Below are positions 62,826 to 64,000 of a stretch of DNA of 64,000 nt, piece by piece. A program made the position numbers and the translations under genes. The notes under the pieces were generated by a model. It did not search any database. It saw nothing but the letters and a program-made list of their open reading frames with translations, and was not told the DNA's origin. The stretch spans positions 16,184,001 to 16,248,000 of the forward strand of contig OZ076409.1 of the NCBI GenBank assembly GCA_964187785.1, in the 5' to 3' direction. Origin of the DNA: Amphiscolops sp. MND2022 (lineage: Eukaryota). Position 1 is the stretch's first letter, and each line of letters begins with the position of its first letter.

Positions 62826-63401
62826 TTTTTGTCAGAAATGTGGTTTAACTTCGGTGACAGTTTTGCAAAAGGGGTCAAATTGAAAAGATAGCAAAAAACG
62901 AACAACGCCATTAGAAAGAGCGTCCAAAAAAACCCCCATGCTGAAATTTTCGCCGCCATCACTTGAATTTTCATTGAGTTATGTCATTTTTACTATTTTC
63001 ACAAAATGTGGTTTAACTTCGGTGACAGTTTTGCAAAAGGGGTCAAAATGAACAGATAGCAAAAAACGGACAACGGCACTGGAAAGAGGGCCCAAAATTA
63101 CCCCTAAAACGTGTTTTTCACACTCCTGAGTCGACTTTTGATAATACATGGAATTTCATTTTTAAGCTTACTAATTTATGCTTTTCAGCATACATTTTCG
63201 TAATAGAGTCAAAATTTTGCTTTCTCGCAATTTTTCTGGAATATTTTTGTTTCATCAGATGTCAATAACTTGAAACGTCGTCTTTTCATGAGAATTTCTC
63301 CTCAAAACAAGTTGTTGGCTGGTAATGGTAAGTCCGTACCGCAGATAGGACTCTCGCGCTCCAAAAATTGACTCTTTGCTTTTAGCCTAATTGTTGTGAT
63401 A

Positions 63402-64000
63402 CTGCGTGTGTCAGCAATTATTTGCTAACTCTACTCTCACTGCTGCGGCAGAGAAGACGAAAATTACCTGAACAATGCCTTTATTGACAGCAGAATTCAT
63501 CATTCCTTACACAAAAGAAGAAATTACCAGCCCAAACATAAAGCAAGCTGTTTACAAAGAATTCCTTTGCAAGCTTTTACATGCTTTATCGCCTACTCAT
63601 ATTGACAGCGTGACATGCATTAAATCGTATGTGTCCAAACATGCGCCAGCGCATGAGCATGAAAAGAAGCTTGAATGCATCAAAATTATTGCTCCAAACT
63701 CGATAGAAAACGACTTCAAAAACCTACTTCTTAAAGGAATTCCTTACAAAAACCGGATAATTTATGCATTCCAAAACAGTGATGTTTATTCTAACTCCTA
63801 CCCAAAGCAATTCACTTTGAAATTCCGCAATTTACCACACTTTTTAGAAGATGGAGAGATCGTGGAGGCTTGTAATCTGCAAGAGTACAAAATTTCCAAA
63901 TTACGCCACCAAAGAGTAAGAATTTCTGACGACATCGAAGCCTTTACTGGAATCTGTTATGCTGAAATAGAGATTGCCAATCAATGCCAATTAGAAAACA
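63402..64000 (+). mobile_element. Family C insertion (related to B), truncated by window end
   Basis: Starts right after GCCTAATTGTTGTGATA (63385-63401); 5' end CTGCG..CAGCAATTATTTG resembles family B. Confidence 0.85.
63475..64000 (+). CDS. Family C ORF1-like protein, partial (absent from ORF track)
   Basis: Hand translation MPLLTAEFIIPYTKEEITSP...YPKQFTLKFRNLPHFL...FTGICYAEI, open to window end; colinear with family B. Confidence 0.85.
   Translation, partial: MPLLTAEFIIPYTKEEITSPNIKQAVYKEFLCKLLHALSPTHIDSVTCIKSYVSKHAPAHEHEKKLECIKIIAPNSIENDFKNLLLKGIPYKNRIIYAFQNSDVYSNSYPKQFTLKFRNLPHFLEDGEIVEACNLQEYKISKLRHQRVRISDDIEAFTGICYAEIEIANQCQLEN

Larger units (their letters stand above)
43745..64000 (+). 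repeat. Tandem array of 904-bp SL RNA + 5S rRNA units with site-specific insertions
   Basis: Promoter-linked SL starts at 44023, 45095, 45999, 52874, 53778, 56685, 60483, 63385; empty unit 904 bp (first is 1072 bp with one extra 168-bp subrepeat). Confidence 0.97.

Noticed and set aside
44238..62974. Seven repeated 92-aa minus-strand ORFs (MKIQVMAAKISAWGFF...)
   Set aside because: They are antisense readings of the 5S gene and spacer with non-ATG starts; they recur only because the unit is repeated
45999..63401. CRISPR-like or integron-cassette reading of the recurring 17-mer with different inserts
   Set aside because: Eukaryotic context, kb-sized inserts, no cas or tyrosine integrase; TSDs made by the adjacent LINE explain it

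Overview
AT-rich eukaryotic (invertebrate animal-like) DNA in four parts. (1) 1-11.2 kb: the 3' part of a spliced coiled-coil protein gene. Its last intron holds an antisense 5.3-kb Ty3/gypsy (Mag-like) LTR element, and another intron looks like a hAT-type MITE with a non-GT donor. (2) 12.3-30.7 kb: an 18.3-kb decayed giant Ty3/gypsy element with gag, pol, a class III fusion-glycoprotein-like env and extra ORFs. (3) 30.8-43.7 kb: an old 5S/SL spacer copy cut by a Helitron-type 3' end, then a ~445-bp satellite built from tRNA-like Pol III promoter modules and a piece of the 5S spacer. (4) 43.7-64 kb: a 904-bp tandem array of a putative spliced-leader (SL) RNA gene plus a 5S rRNA gene. The main finding is in part 4. 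Five of eight SL sites are interrupted at the same base (after nt 17 of the leader, 17-bp target duplication). One holds a full-length APE-RT L1/Tx1-type retrotransposon. The other four hold five copies of three RT-less families that encode only a diverged ORF1-like protein (RRM-like plus CCHC); families A and B add a shared unknown C-terminal domain. All coordinates were read by eye and no database searches were run.
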